DNA of 64,000 bases, from assembly GCA_028821235.1 (NCBI GenBank), contig JAPPGV010000128.1, positions 53,401 through 117,400 of the forward strand, written 5' to 3'. Numbering within the stretch: the stretch's first letter is position 1; the number at the start of each line of letters is the position of its first letter. The notes under the pieces were generated by a model. The model had not been told where the DNA came from, did not search any database, and saw only the letters and a list, made by a program, of their open reading frames with translations. The position numbers and the translations under genes were made by a program. Positions 18,282 to 26,849 of the stretch are shown piece after piece. The DNA is from a bacterium (lineage in GTDB: Bacteria; Actinomycetota; Acidimicrobiia; Spongiisociales; Spongiisociaceae).

Positions 18282-20419
18282 GTGCGGTGGTGAGAGGCCG
18301 CCGCTTCGTGTACGTCGCAGCGTTACACGTTGAAGCTGAGGGCAGCCCGAGCCTCGGGAACGAGGGGCGAGGGTGGTAAGCAGCCCTGACAACGACGGGA
18401 CGGATCAGTACTGCCAGATGGTCCGGGCCCGGCTAGCGAGACAGAAAGGCGTACGTGAGGAACCAGCGACCGAAAGCTTCTCAAGCTTATCCAGCGGCTC
18501 GAACCTGGCGGATCGGGGCCGCGCAGCAACGCGTACCCGCACATCGAATGGTTGTGTGTGGTAACTCTTTAGTCGGTTTGCAGTGTCGACTCGGGAGGCC
18601 ACGGTGAAGGTCTGCGGCGTAGCCGTGGCGAGGTTGCAGGGGCATAGTTGGGCGCCGACCCTGTCGAACGGTTGGAGAGTGAACGTGGGAACCATCCCCC
18701 CGGTTCCCTTACCGGCTGGCGTTTTGCTGGTCGGTGGGAAGGTCCGTTGCCGGCTGATCCCGGTGGGATGGGGCGGAGGACCCGTAGTAGTCCGAGGCCG
18801 GGAAAGCCGGTCACATGGCGAAGGGCATCTAGTGTGTTCGCAGCAGACGTGTTGATCACGGAGGTCGCTGGTGAATACCGGCGCACCGTGGCCCGACCTG
18901 GTAGAGGCTGGGCGGCGGGTACGTGTGATCCAGTAGTCGAAGCTGCACCGTTGGGCGACGGCCGGTGCGGGTCGTCGCTTCGAAGGTTCTATACAACCTT
19001 GTCTATGACCCGGCGTTCCTCGTTCTGGCGTGGCGTCGGGTGCGAACCAACAAGGGGGCACGAACGGCAGGAGTCGACGGGGTGGCACCCCGTCAGCTTC
19101 CTCCTAGTGCTGAGAAACTGTTGTCCGGGCTACGGGATGATCTCAAGGCCCGACAGTTCGTTCCCCAGCGGGTGCGGCAACAGACGATCCCCAAAGGGGA
19201 GGGCAAGGTCCGCTCGTTGGGTATCCCAACTGTTGCCGACCGGGTTGTGCAGGCTTCTTTGAAGCTGGTGTTGGAGCCGATCTTCGAGGCGGACTTCAAG
19301 CCATGCTCCTATGGTTTCCGTCCGAAACGGCGAGCGCAGGACGCCATTGCTGAGATTCACTACCTTGGGTCACCGACCCGTAACTACGAGTGGGTATTCG
19401 AGGGAGATATCGAGGCTTGCTTCGACGAGATCGACCATACGGCTCTCATGGGTCGGGTGCGGGACCCGTATCGGGGACAAACGCGTTCTGCGGTTGGTGA
19501 AAGCGTTCCTCAGAGCTGGTGTCCTCTGCGAGGACGGCAGCCGACATCGGACGATCACCGGCACCCCCCAGGGAGGGATCCTGTCGCCGCTGTTGGCCAA
19601 CATTGCCCTGTCCGTGTTGGATGAGCACTTCACCCAGAAGTGGGAAGCGCTCGGACCGTCATGGACCCGTGCTAAGCGTCACAGGGCCGGGGAGCCGCTC
19701 ATGAGGCTTGTCCGATATGCGGATGACTTCGTGGTCATGGTCCGCGGTGACCGTAACGACGCTGAAGCGCTCCGGGAAGAGATAGCGGCGGTGCTCGCGC
19801 CGATGGGCTTGCGCCTATCAGCAGCCAAGACAAGGGTCCGCCACATAGACGAAGGGTTCGACTTTCTGGGTTGGCGTATCCAACGCCGGGCCCGGCGGAG
19901 CCGAACCAACAAGAAAGCCGTCTACACCTACCCGTCGAAAAAGTCTCTGGCTTCGATCATGGGCAAGGTCCGACGGCTCACACGTCGCAGACATCATCGA
20001 ACGCTCTCAGACCTGCTACGCCGCCTGAACCCGGTGCTGCGGGGCTGGTGCAACTATTTCCGTCACGGAGTATCGAAACGGACCTTCGGCTATCTGGACC
20101 ACTACGCCTTCTGGCGGGTGGTCAACTGGTTGAAGAAACGACACCTCGGACTGAACATGCACACCCTGGTCCGCCGCTACCTCCCCGGATGGGAGATCAG
20201 CGCAGGAAGGATCGAAATGTTCCGACCCAACCGGTTCGCCGTAGTGCGATACCGCTACCGGGGCACCCGAATCCCCACACCATGGCAGAGCACAACCACA
20301 ACAGCGGCATGAACACATGGAGAGCCGGATGCAGTGGAAGTTGCACGTCCGGTTCGGAGGGCGGGCCGGGGAAACCCACCAACCGAGAGGCTGACAGGGC
20401 GCCCCGGTCCGACCCCTAC
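18282..20419 (+). mobile_element. Group II intron (5' boundary uncertain)
   Basis: 34-nt domain V GAGCCGGATGCAGTGGAAGTTGCACGTCCGGTTC at 20322-20355, domain VI ending ...CGACCCCTAC at 20419, GTGCG at 18282 as candidate 5' end, and an internal RT gene. Confidence 0.85.
18871..20312 (+). pseudogene. ltrA: Group II intron reverse transcriptase/maturase, inactivated
   Basis: N-terminus NTGAPWPDL...KLHRWA, GTPQGGILSPLLAN, RYADDF and domain X present; no endonuclease domain. In-frame TAG at 18934-18936 and +1 frameshifts near 18985 and 19462. Confidence 0.88.
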
Positions 20420-20647
20420 AACACCAACAGTCCGTGTGCCCGGTACCGGCCGGACCAAGGCCGGGATCATCGTGTCCTTCGACCCTCGGACAGGGGACGG
20501 CGGGACGCGCTCAGGCGCCTAGGAGGCGGCGGCCGGGGGTGGGACCCACCGGAGGCGACCCGTTCGGCGATTTTCGCGGTCTTGCCCCAGGAGGCGGTGC
20601 GGCCGACTGTCGATGGACTCTTCGACGGATCCAGGAGTCAGGCCACC

Positions 20648-20749
20648 AGGAGGGTGCAGGAATAGACAAGGGATTCATGCGAAGACCGGGCCTGTTCAGT
20701 TCACACAACAAGCCACACCCCCAAAACCCCGATTGCTCTGCACCCTCCT
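20648..20749. mobile_element. Putative IS5-like MITE or IS end remnant (102 bp)
   Basis: Perfect 12-bp inverted repeat AGGAGGGTGCAG (20648-20659) / CTGCACCCTCCT (20738-20749); the right end abuts a CTAG. Confidence 0.4.
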
Positions 20750-23033
20750 AGGCGCGGTCTCCTCCGGCGAGACGCGCAACAATCTGGCGGACCCGGTCCG
20801 GGCTCAGTGGCAGACGGCGGACTTCGAGTTGGCAGCCCAGCGCGTCGGCCACGGCGTTGCCGATCGCCGCTCCGACCGCGGTGATGCCGCCTTCACCGGC
20901 CCCCTTCACCCCCAGCGGGTTGATCGGGCTGGGAGCATCTTCGGTGATCAGCACATCTACCGCCGGCATCTCATCGGCCGTCGGCATCAGGTAGTCCATG
21001 AAGCTGGCTGCCAGCGGCTGGGCAGCCTCGTCGTACTTGAACTCCTCGAGGAGCGCTCCGCCTAGTCCCTGCGCGGCGCCACCGTGGATCTGCCCGTCAA
21101 CCAGTGCAGGGTTCACCACCCGACCGGCGTCGTAGGCTACGACCAGCCGTTCGGGCTTGACCTCGCCGGTGTCCCGGTCAACCCCCACGACCGCGACGTG
21201 GATCCCGTACGGGTACACCATGTGGTCTACCTCGAACCACCCCTCGGCCGCCAGACCGGGTTCACCGTCGGCCAGACCGGGGCGGAGCCGGAGGGCCACC
21301 TCACCCAGCGTTATCCCCGGGCCATCCGGGGAACCGCGCACGAATACCCGGCCGTCCTCGATGGTGAGATCCTCGAGGCGGGCTTCGAGAACCCGGGCGG
21401 CCACATCGAGTGCCTTGTCCCGTACCCGACCGGCAGCGATGAGCGTCGCGGAACCCGACATCACCGTCACCCGGCTGGCGAAGGCGCCCATCCCCCATAC
21501 GAGGTCGTCCGTCTGGCCGTGCCGGACCTGCACGGCATCGATCCCGACTCCGAGAGTGTCAGCGCAGATCTGGGCGAGGCAGGTCTCCACCCCCTGACCG
21601 ATGGAGGCCGCTCCCGTCACCACGACCACGTATCCGGCCTCATCGACGGTGATCCTCACGCCGTCGTACGGTCCCAGACCGCTCTTCTCGATGAAGAAGC
21701 CCATCCCGATGCCCACGGTCTCTCCCCGAGCCCGCCGCGCCTCGATCTCGGTGATCAGGATTTCGTAGTCGAGGTGGTCGAGAAGGCGATCCAGGAGCAA
21801 TCCGTAGTCTCCCGAGTCGTATACCACATCGGTTCCCAGAGCGCTGATGCCCCTGCGGAACGGCATCGCATCACGGGGTATCAGGTTGCGGCGCCGTACC
21901 TGCGCCGGGTCGAGCTCGAGCCGGCGGGCGATCACATCCATCAGGCGCTCGCGAACGAAGCTGCTCTCGTAGCGTCCGGGAGCCCGGTACGTACCGCACG
22001 GGGTCTTGTTGCTCAACCTCACATGCCCGGTGCATCGAAAGGCCGGCCAGACGTAGGGCCCCGGCAGCATGGAGGAGGTGAGTTCGCTCACCGTGGTCTC
22101 GTGGGTTCTCAGGTAGGCGCCCTGGTCGACCCAGAACTCGGCTTCGACGCCCCTCACCCAGCCGTCCTCGTCGACGGCGGCGCGGATGCGGTGGACCTGA
22201 TCGCGGGAGTGGTTGGCCGCCAGCATATGTTCCCTCCGGTCCTCCACCCACCGGACCGGCCGGCCTGTGCGGCGGGCCGCCCAGCAGACCAGCACGTCTT
22301 CGGGATAGAGTTCGCCGCGTACGCCGAAGCCACCACCGACGTGCACCTCCCGCAGCACCACCGCCGCGGTGGGGAGGCCGAGCATGCGGGCTATCGCCTC
22401 CCTGTTGTAGTGGGGCACCTTGGCCGCACCGAACATCTCCAGGGTGGAACTCGTAGCGTCGTAGCGAGCCAGCGCGCCACGGGTTTCCATGGGTATGGCG
22501 GAGTGGCGACCCACCGTGAACTCCATCTCGACCACGCCCGGAGCACCGGCAAAGGCCGCGACCAGATCGCCATAGGCCTTCTCCACCACCCCGATCTCGG
22601 TGGCCCGGGCACCGTCCCTGTACGGATCGACCACCGGTCTCAGCTCGTCGATCTCCACGAACACCTGCTCAGCCGCGTCCTCCGCCAGATAGGGATCCTC
22701 CGCCAGCACCACCGCCACCGGCTCACCGACGTAGCGGACGCGGCCGTCGGCGAGCACCGGCTGGCGGTACCGTTCCACTCCGGAGATCATCGGCATCCTG
22801 AAATCGATGACCGGGATGTCCCGGGTATCAGCCGCGGTCCACACGGCCTCGACGCCTGGGAGGGACAGCGCCTCCGAAGCGTCGACGCCGACGATCCTGC
22901 CGTGGGCCACGGGCGAGCGGACCACCCGCAGATGGAGTTGATGGGGTAGCGAGAGGTCGGCAGCGAACCGGGCCGATCCGGTGAGGAGTGGTCGGTCTTC
23001 TACTCTCCTGACCGGGCTCCCGACGTAGGTCAT
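20748..23033 (-). CDS. Xanthine dehydrogenase-family molybdopterin-binding large subunit (L1)
   Basis: VGGGFGVRG, GTYRAPGR loop, KGAGEGG catalytic Glu motif. Confidence 0.9.
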   Translation of the reverse strand: MTYVGSPVRRVEDRPLLTGSARFAADLSLPHQLHLRVVRSPVAHGRIVGVDASEALSLPGVEAVWTAADTRDIPVIDFRMPMISGVERYRQPVLADGRVRYVGEPVAVVLAEDPYLAEDAAEQVFVEIDELRPVVDPYRDGARATEIGVVEKAYGDLVAAFAGAPGVVEMEFTVGRHSAIPMETRGALARYDATSSTLEMFGAAKVPHYNREAIARMLGLPTAAVVLREVHVGGGFGVRGELYPEDVLVCWAARRTGRPVRWVEDRREHMLAANHSRDQVHRIRAAVDEDGWVRGVEAEFWVDQGAYLRTHETTVSELTSSMLPGPYVWPAFRCTGHVRLSNKTPCGTYRAPGRYESSFVRERLMDVIARRLELDPAQVRRRNLIPRDAMPFRRGISALGTDVVYDSGDYGLLLDRLLDHLDYEILITEIEARRARGETVGIGMGFFIEKSGLGPYDGVRITVDEAGYVVVVTGAASIGQGVETCLAQICADTLGVGIDAVQVRHGQTDDLVWGMGAFASRVTVMSGSATLIAAGRVRDKALDVAARVLEARLEDLTIEDGRVFVRGSPDGPGITLGEVALRLRPGLADGEPGLAAEGWFEVDHMVYPYGIHVAVVGVDRDTGEVKPERLVVAYDAGRVVNPALVDGQIHGGAAQGLGGALLEEFKYDEAAQPLAASFMDYLMPTADEMPAVDVLITEDAPSPINPLGVKGAGEGGITAVGAAIGNAVADALGCQLEVRRLPLSPDRVRQIVARLAGGDRA

Positions 23034-23512
23034 CGCCTCATTGCGATGGCGGCCTGGCGGACCGCCTTGACGATGTTCTGGTACCCGGTGCAGCGGCAGA
23101 GGTTCGACGAGAGCACCGCCCGCAACTCGCCGTCATTGGGATCCGGGTTCTCCTCCAGGAACCCGACAGCAAGCATGAGGAAACCGGGGGTGCAGAATCC
23201 GCACTGCAGCCCGTGGTTCTCCCAGAAGGCCTGCTGGATGGGATGCAGTTGCTCACCGTCGGCCAGACCCTCGACCGTCCGGAGTTCCATACCCTCGCAC
23301 TGCACCGCGAACATCAGGCAGGACCGCACCGGTTGGCCGTCCACGAGTATCGTGCATGCGCCGCACACGCCGTGCTCGCAGCCGAGGTGCGTTCCCGTAA
23401 GGCCACAGTCGTCACGCAGGGTGTCGGCCAGCGTACGTCGGGGCTCCACCCGGACCCGGTAGGAGCGTCCGTTCACATTGAGGGTCACGTCGACCATGGT
23501 GCGCTCCGTCAT
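23030..23512 (-). CDS. (2Fe-2S)-binding small subunit (CoxS/CutS-like)
   Basis: GCEHGVCGACT, QCGFCTPG, NLCRCTGY; start ATG 23512. Confidence 0.93.
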   Translation of the reverse strand: MTERTMVDVTLNVNGRSYRVRVEPRRTLADTLRDDCGLTGTHLGCEHGVCGACTILVDGQPVRSCLMFAVQCEGMELRTVEGLADGEQLHPIQQAFWENHGLQCGFCTPGFLMLAVGFLEENPDPNDGELRAVLSSNLCRCTGYQNIVKAVRQAAIAMRR

Positions 23513-25833
23513 GCGGGGATCCTTTCCTGCTCCTTCTGACTTATCAGCCGCCTCAGACGGGCCGGCGTAGCCGGGGTCTCGTTCACTTCGACCCCCAGAG
23601 GACGGAGAGCGTCGGAGATGGCGTTGATGATCGCCGCCGGCGCTCCGATGGTGCCACCCTCGCCCAGACCCTTGGCGCCGGTGAGGCTGGCGTCCGACAC
23701 CGTCACCAGGTGGTGGATCTCGATCTCCGGTACTTCTGCCGCCGTGGGCGGGAGGTAGTCCATCAGCGAGGTCGTCAGGATGTTGCCCTCCCCGTCGTAG
23801 ACGATCTCCTCGTAGAGGGCCCCTGCGATCCCCTGTGTGACCCCCCCGTGAAGCTGGCCGTCCACGATCATGGGATTGATCAGGATGCCGGCGTCCTCCA
23901 CCACGACGAACCGGTCGACCGCAACCCCTCCGGTCTCGGGATCCACCTCCACCTGGGCAGCGTGGCAGGCGTTGGAGAACGTTCCTGCGGGGTCGTAGGT
24001 TGCCGCCGCGGCGAGCCCGGGGGTCATGCCGGACTCGAGGCGATGGCTGGAGTGATAGGCCAGACGAGCCAGGTCCGGGATCGGGACGCCGGCATCGGTC
24101 CCCGACACCCGGGCCACCCCCCCTTCGAGCACGATGTCCTCCGGCGCGGCCTCCAGTTCGTTGGCAGCGATGGCAGCGATCTTCGACCGGAGCATCCCGG
24201 CGGCCAGCTTGGCCGCGCCCCCGGCAATGACCAGCGACCGGCTGGCGAAGGTCCCCCAACCGTACGGCGTCCGGTCGGTGTCGCCGTGCACGATCCGCAC
24301 CGTGGCCGGGTCAACACCCAGTTCGTCCCCGATGAGCTGCGCGAGGCTGGTTCCGAGACCCTGCCCGTGCGGTGAGGCGCCCAACCGTGCTTCGACGTAT
24401 CCCGACGGGTCCATGCTCAGGTCCACCGTCTCGTATCCCGGGGTTACGTCCATGCTCCTGGCTGCGAAGGCGGCCGTCCCGTAGCCGGTCCGTTCCGAGA
24501 AGACCGAGAACCCTACCCCCAGGTAGCGGCCGTCCCGCAACGCGGCCGCCTGGCGCTCTCGGAACGCCGTCAGGCCAATGGCGTCGGCGGCCCGCTCCAG
24601 AGACTCCACGTAGGAACCCTCGTCGTAGACCAGGCCTGTCGCGGACGAGTAGGGGAAACTGCTAATCAGGTTCCTGCGGCGGATCTCGGCTGCCTCGATC
24701 CCGAACCTGGCCGCTCCCAGGTCCATCAGCCTCTCCATGGCCAGGGTGATCACCGGACGGGAAACGCCCCGGTAGGGGGACATCGGGCAGGTGTTGGTGG
24801 CCACGCCCCTCGACCTGACCCGGTACACGCGGAAATCGTAGGGACCCGGGAACTCCACCATCGCCATGAGAGGCTCCACCCCGCAGGTCACGGGGTAGCA
24901 CGAGTAAGCGCCTATGTTGCACAGCAGGTCGGCGTCCACGGCCAGCAACCGCCCACCTTCGCCGAAGGCTCCCCTCACGCGGTAGCGATGGTCCCGGCTG
25001 TGGAAGGAGGAAACCAGGTTCTCCCGACGGTCCTCGATCCATGCGACCGTCGTACGGAGACGCCGGGCGACCCAGACCGCGACCACGTCCTCGACCGCCA
25101 GGCAGAACTTCTGGCCGAATCCTCCCCCGACGTCGGGCGCCACCACCCGCAGATCCGACTCGGGCATGCGGAGCAGGTCTGCGATGACGGTACGCACCAC
25201 GTGGGGTGACTGGACGGACGACGTGAGGGTGATCCGGCCGGACCGGGCGTCGAACGAAGCCACGGACCCTCGTGCCTCCAGGGGCATGGCGCTCTCCCGT
25301 CGGGAACGAAGCTCGAACTCGATCACCTCCTCGGCGATGCCGAAAGCCTCGTCAACCCCGGGGGTGGCGAGACGGGCGTCCACCACCACGTTGCCGGGAA
25401 CATGGTCGTGGACGGCGGGTGCTCCTTGCCGAACCGCCTCGGTGGCAGCCACCACATGATCCATCGGGTCGATGTCCACGAACACCTGCTCGGCGAGATC
25501 CTCCGCCTCCTCCGGCGTGGCGGCAACCGCCACCGCCACCGGTTCCCCCACGAACCGGACCGTGTCCCGGGCCAGCACGGGCTGGTCGACCGGCCGGTAG
25601 TCCTCGCGATGCAGCAGCGGCCGGACCGGACGGACCCCGGCCAGGTCCTCTCCCGTGAACAGGGTCACGCCGCGGGGTGCCTCGATCGAGGTGATCCGCC
25701 CGTGGGCTACGGGACTCCTTACGAACCGGAGAAACGCCGCTCGATCAGCCAGGTCCGCGACGAACCTTCCCTCCCCCGTCAGGAGCGGTGGATCCTCGAA
25801 ACGCAGCAGCGACCGCCCGACCCATCGGGTCAC
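23509..25833 (-). CDS. Xanthine dehydrogenase-family molybdopterin-binding large subunit (L2)
   Basis: VGGGFGQK, SPYRGVSR loop, KGLGEGG; GTG 25833 overlaps the stop of the FAD subunit. Confidence 0.9.
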   Translation of the reverse strand: MTRWVGRSLLRFEDPPLLTGEGRFVADLADRAAFLRFVRSPVAHGRITSIEAPRGVTLFTGEDLAGVRPVRPLLHREDYRPVDQPVLARDTVRFVGEPVAVAVAATPEEAEDLAEQVFVDIDPMDHVVAATEAVRQGAPAVHDHVPGNVVVDARLATPGVDEAFGIAEEVIEFELRSRRESAMPLEARGSVASFDARSGRITLTSSVQSPHVVRTVIADLLRMPESDLRVVAPDVGGGFGQKFCLAVEDVVAVWVARRLRTTVAWIEDRRENLVSSFHSRDHRYRVRGAFGEGGRLLAVDADLLCNIGAYSCYPVTCGVEPLMAMVEFPGPYDFRVYRVRSRGVATNTCPMSPYRGVSRPVITLAMERLMDLGAARFGIEAAEIRRRNLISSFPYSSATGLVYDEGSYVESLERAADAIGLTAFRERQAAALRDGRYLGVGFSVFSERTGYGTAAFAARSMDVTPGYETVDLSMDPSGYVEARLGASPHGQGLGTSLAQLIGDELGVDPATVRIVHGDTDRTPYGWGTFASRSLVIAGGAAKLAAGMLRSKIAAIAANELEAAPEDIVLEGGVARVSGTDAGVPIPDLARLAYHSSHRLESGMTPGLAAAATYDPAGTFSNACHAAQVEVDPETGGVAVDRFVVVEDAGILINPMIVDGQLHGGVTQGIAGALYEEIVYDGEGNILTTSLMDYLPPTAAEVPEIEIHHLVTVSDASLTGAKGLGEGGTIGAPAAIINAISDALRPLGVEVNETPATPARLRRLISQKEQERIPA

Positions 25834-26687
25834 GACGCGGTCGCCTGCTCGAGGGCTCGTCTGGTCAGTGCCCTCACCAGGTCTCTGCGGTACTCGGCGG
25901 AACCGTGAATGTCGCCCACCGCGTCGAACCCGCGGGCCGCCAGGTCGGCAGCCTCCGAGAAGACGGACCGACCGGGGGGGCGGCCCCGGAGGCACTCCTC
26001 GGCCTCGTCGGCCCTGACCGGGCGGTCGCTCACACCACCCATTGCTATCCGTGCCTCCACTACTTGGGCGTCGCGGATCTCGAGCGCCACCGCAACCATC
26101 GCAAGGGCGAAGTCGCCCGCCCTGCGGCTGAACTGCTGGAAGCCGACCTTGGTGGTCGCGCTCAGCTTGCCCAGACGGGTCTCGACGAGCAGCTCGTCCG
26201 GCTCGAGTTCGGTCGTGAACACCGTTTGGAAGAACTGCCGGGCCGGGATGCTACGCGCACCGCCGGCGGTACGGGCCACCATCTCCGCGTCGGCCAGCAG
26301 GGCGATCACACACCACTCGGCTGCGGGATCCGCATGGGCCAGGCTGCCACCGAAGGTTCCCCTCACGCGGATGGGGAGATGGCCGACATGGTGGGCGGCA
26401 AGGGTCAGGAGCCGCCCGAGAGGACCGTCCACGACCGGCTTCTCGAACGCTACGTGGCGGACCAGCGATCCGATCCTGACCGCCGTCCCGCCGTCGGTGA
26501 TGTGATCCAGTTCGGCCACGTGGTTGATGTCGACCAGCACCGCCGGCCTGGCCAGGCGGAAGTTCATGGCCGGGACCAGGCTCTGGCCACCCGCCAGGAT
26601 CTTGGCGTCGTACCCGTACCGACCCAGAGCCGCCACAGCCTCGTCGACTGAACGCGCCTGGAGGTAGTCGAATCGGGCCGGCTTCAT
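25830..26687 (-). CDS. FAD-binding medium subunit (CoxM/CutM-like)
   Basis: LAGGQSLVP, IRVRGTFGGSLAHADP, DIHGSAEYR. Confidence 0.93.
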   Translation of the reverse strand: MKPARFDYLQARSVDEAVAALGRYGYDAKILAGGQSLVPAMNFRLARPAVLVDINHVAELDHITDGGTAVRIGSLVRHVAFEKPVVDGPLGRLLTLAAHHVGHLPIRVRGTFGGSLAHADPAAEWCVIALLADAEMVARTAGGARSIPARQFFQTVFTTELEPDELLVETRLGKLSATTKVGFQQFSRRAGDFALAMVAVALEIRDAQVVEARIAMGGVSDRPVRADEAEECLRGRPPGRSVFSEAADLAARGFDAVGDIHGSAEYRRDLVRALTRRALEQATAS

Positions 26688-26849
26688 GCGGACCGCAGTG
26701 TACTACCGGCGCCCGTGCCGGCCCACGGACCCGGCTGTGACATCTCACCCGCCACGGTTGGTCGAGGTAACGGATACGACCGACCGGCACTCGGACCGGA
26801 CGGACAGGCCGTATCATCCCGCGGACAGACCGCTACTCCGGACCGATCC

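Noticed and set aside
18158-20493. TGTCC...GGACA ends flanking the intron as an IS remnant
   Set aside because: Only about 5-8 matching bases and no transposase remnant.
7801-26752. Recurring TGTCACA/TGTGACA near 7802, 18221 and 26744 as a shared operator
   Set aside because: Half-sites only, no consistent palindrome or spacing; expected by chance.
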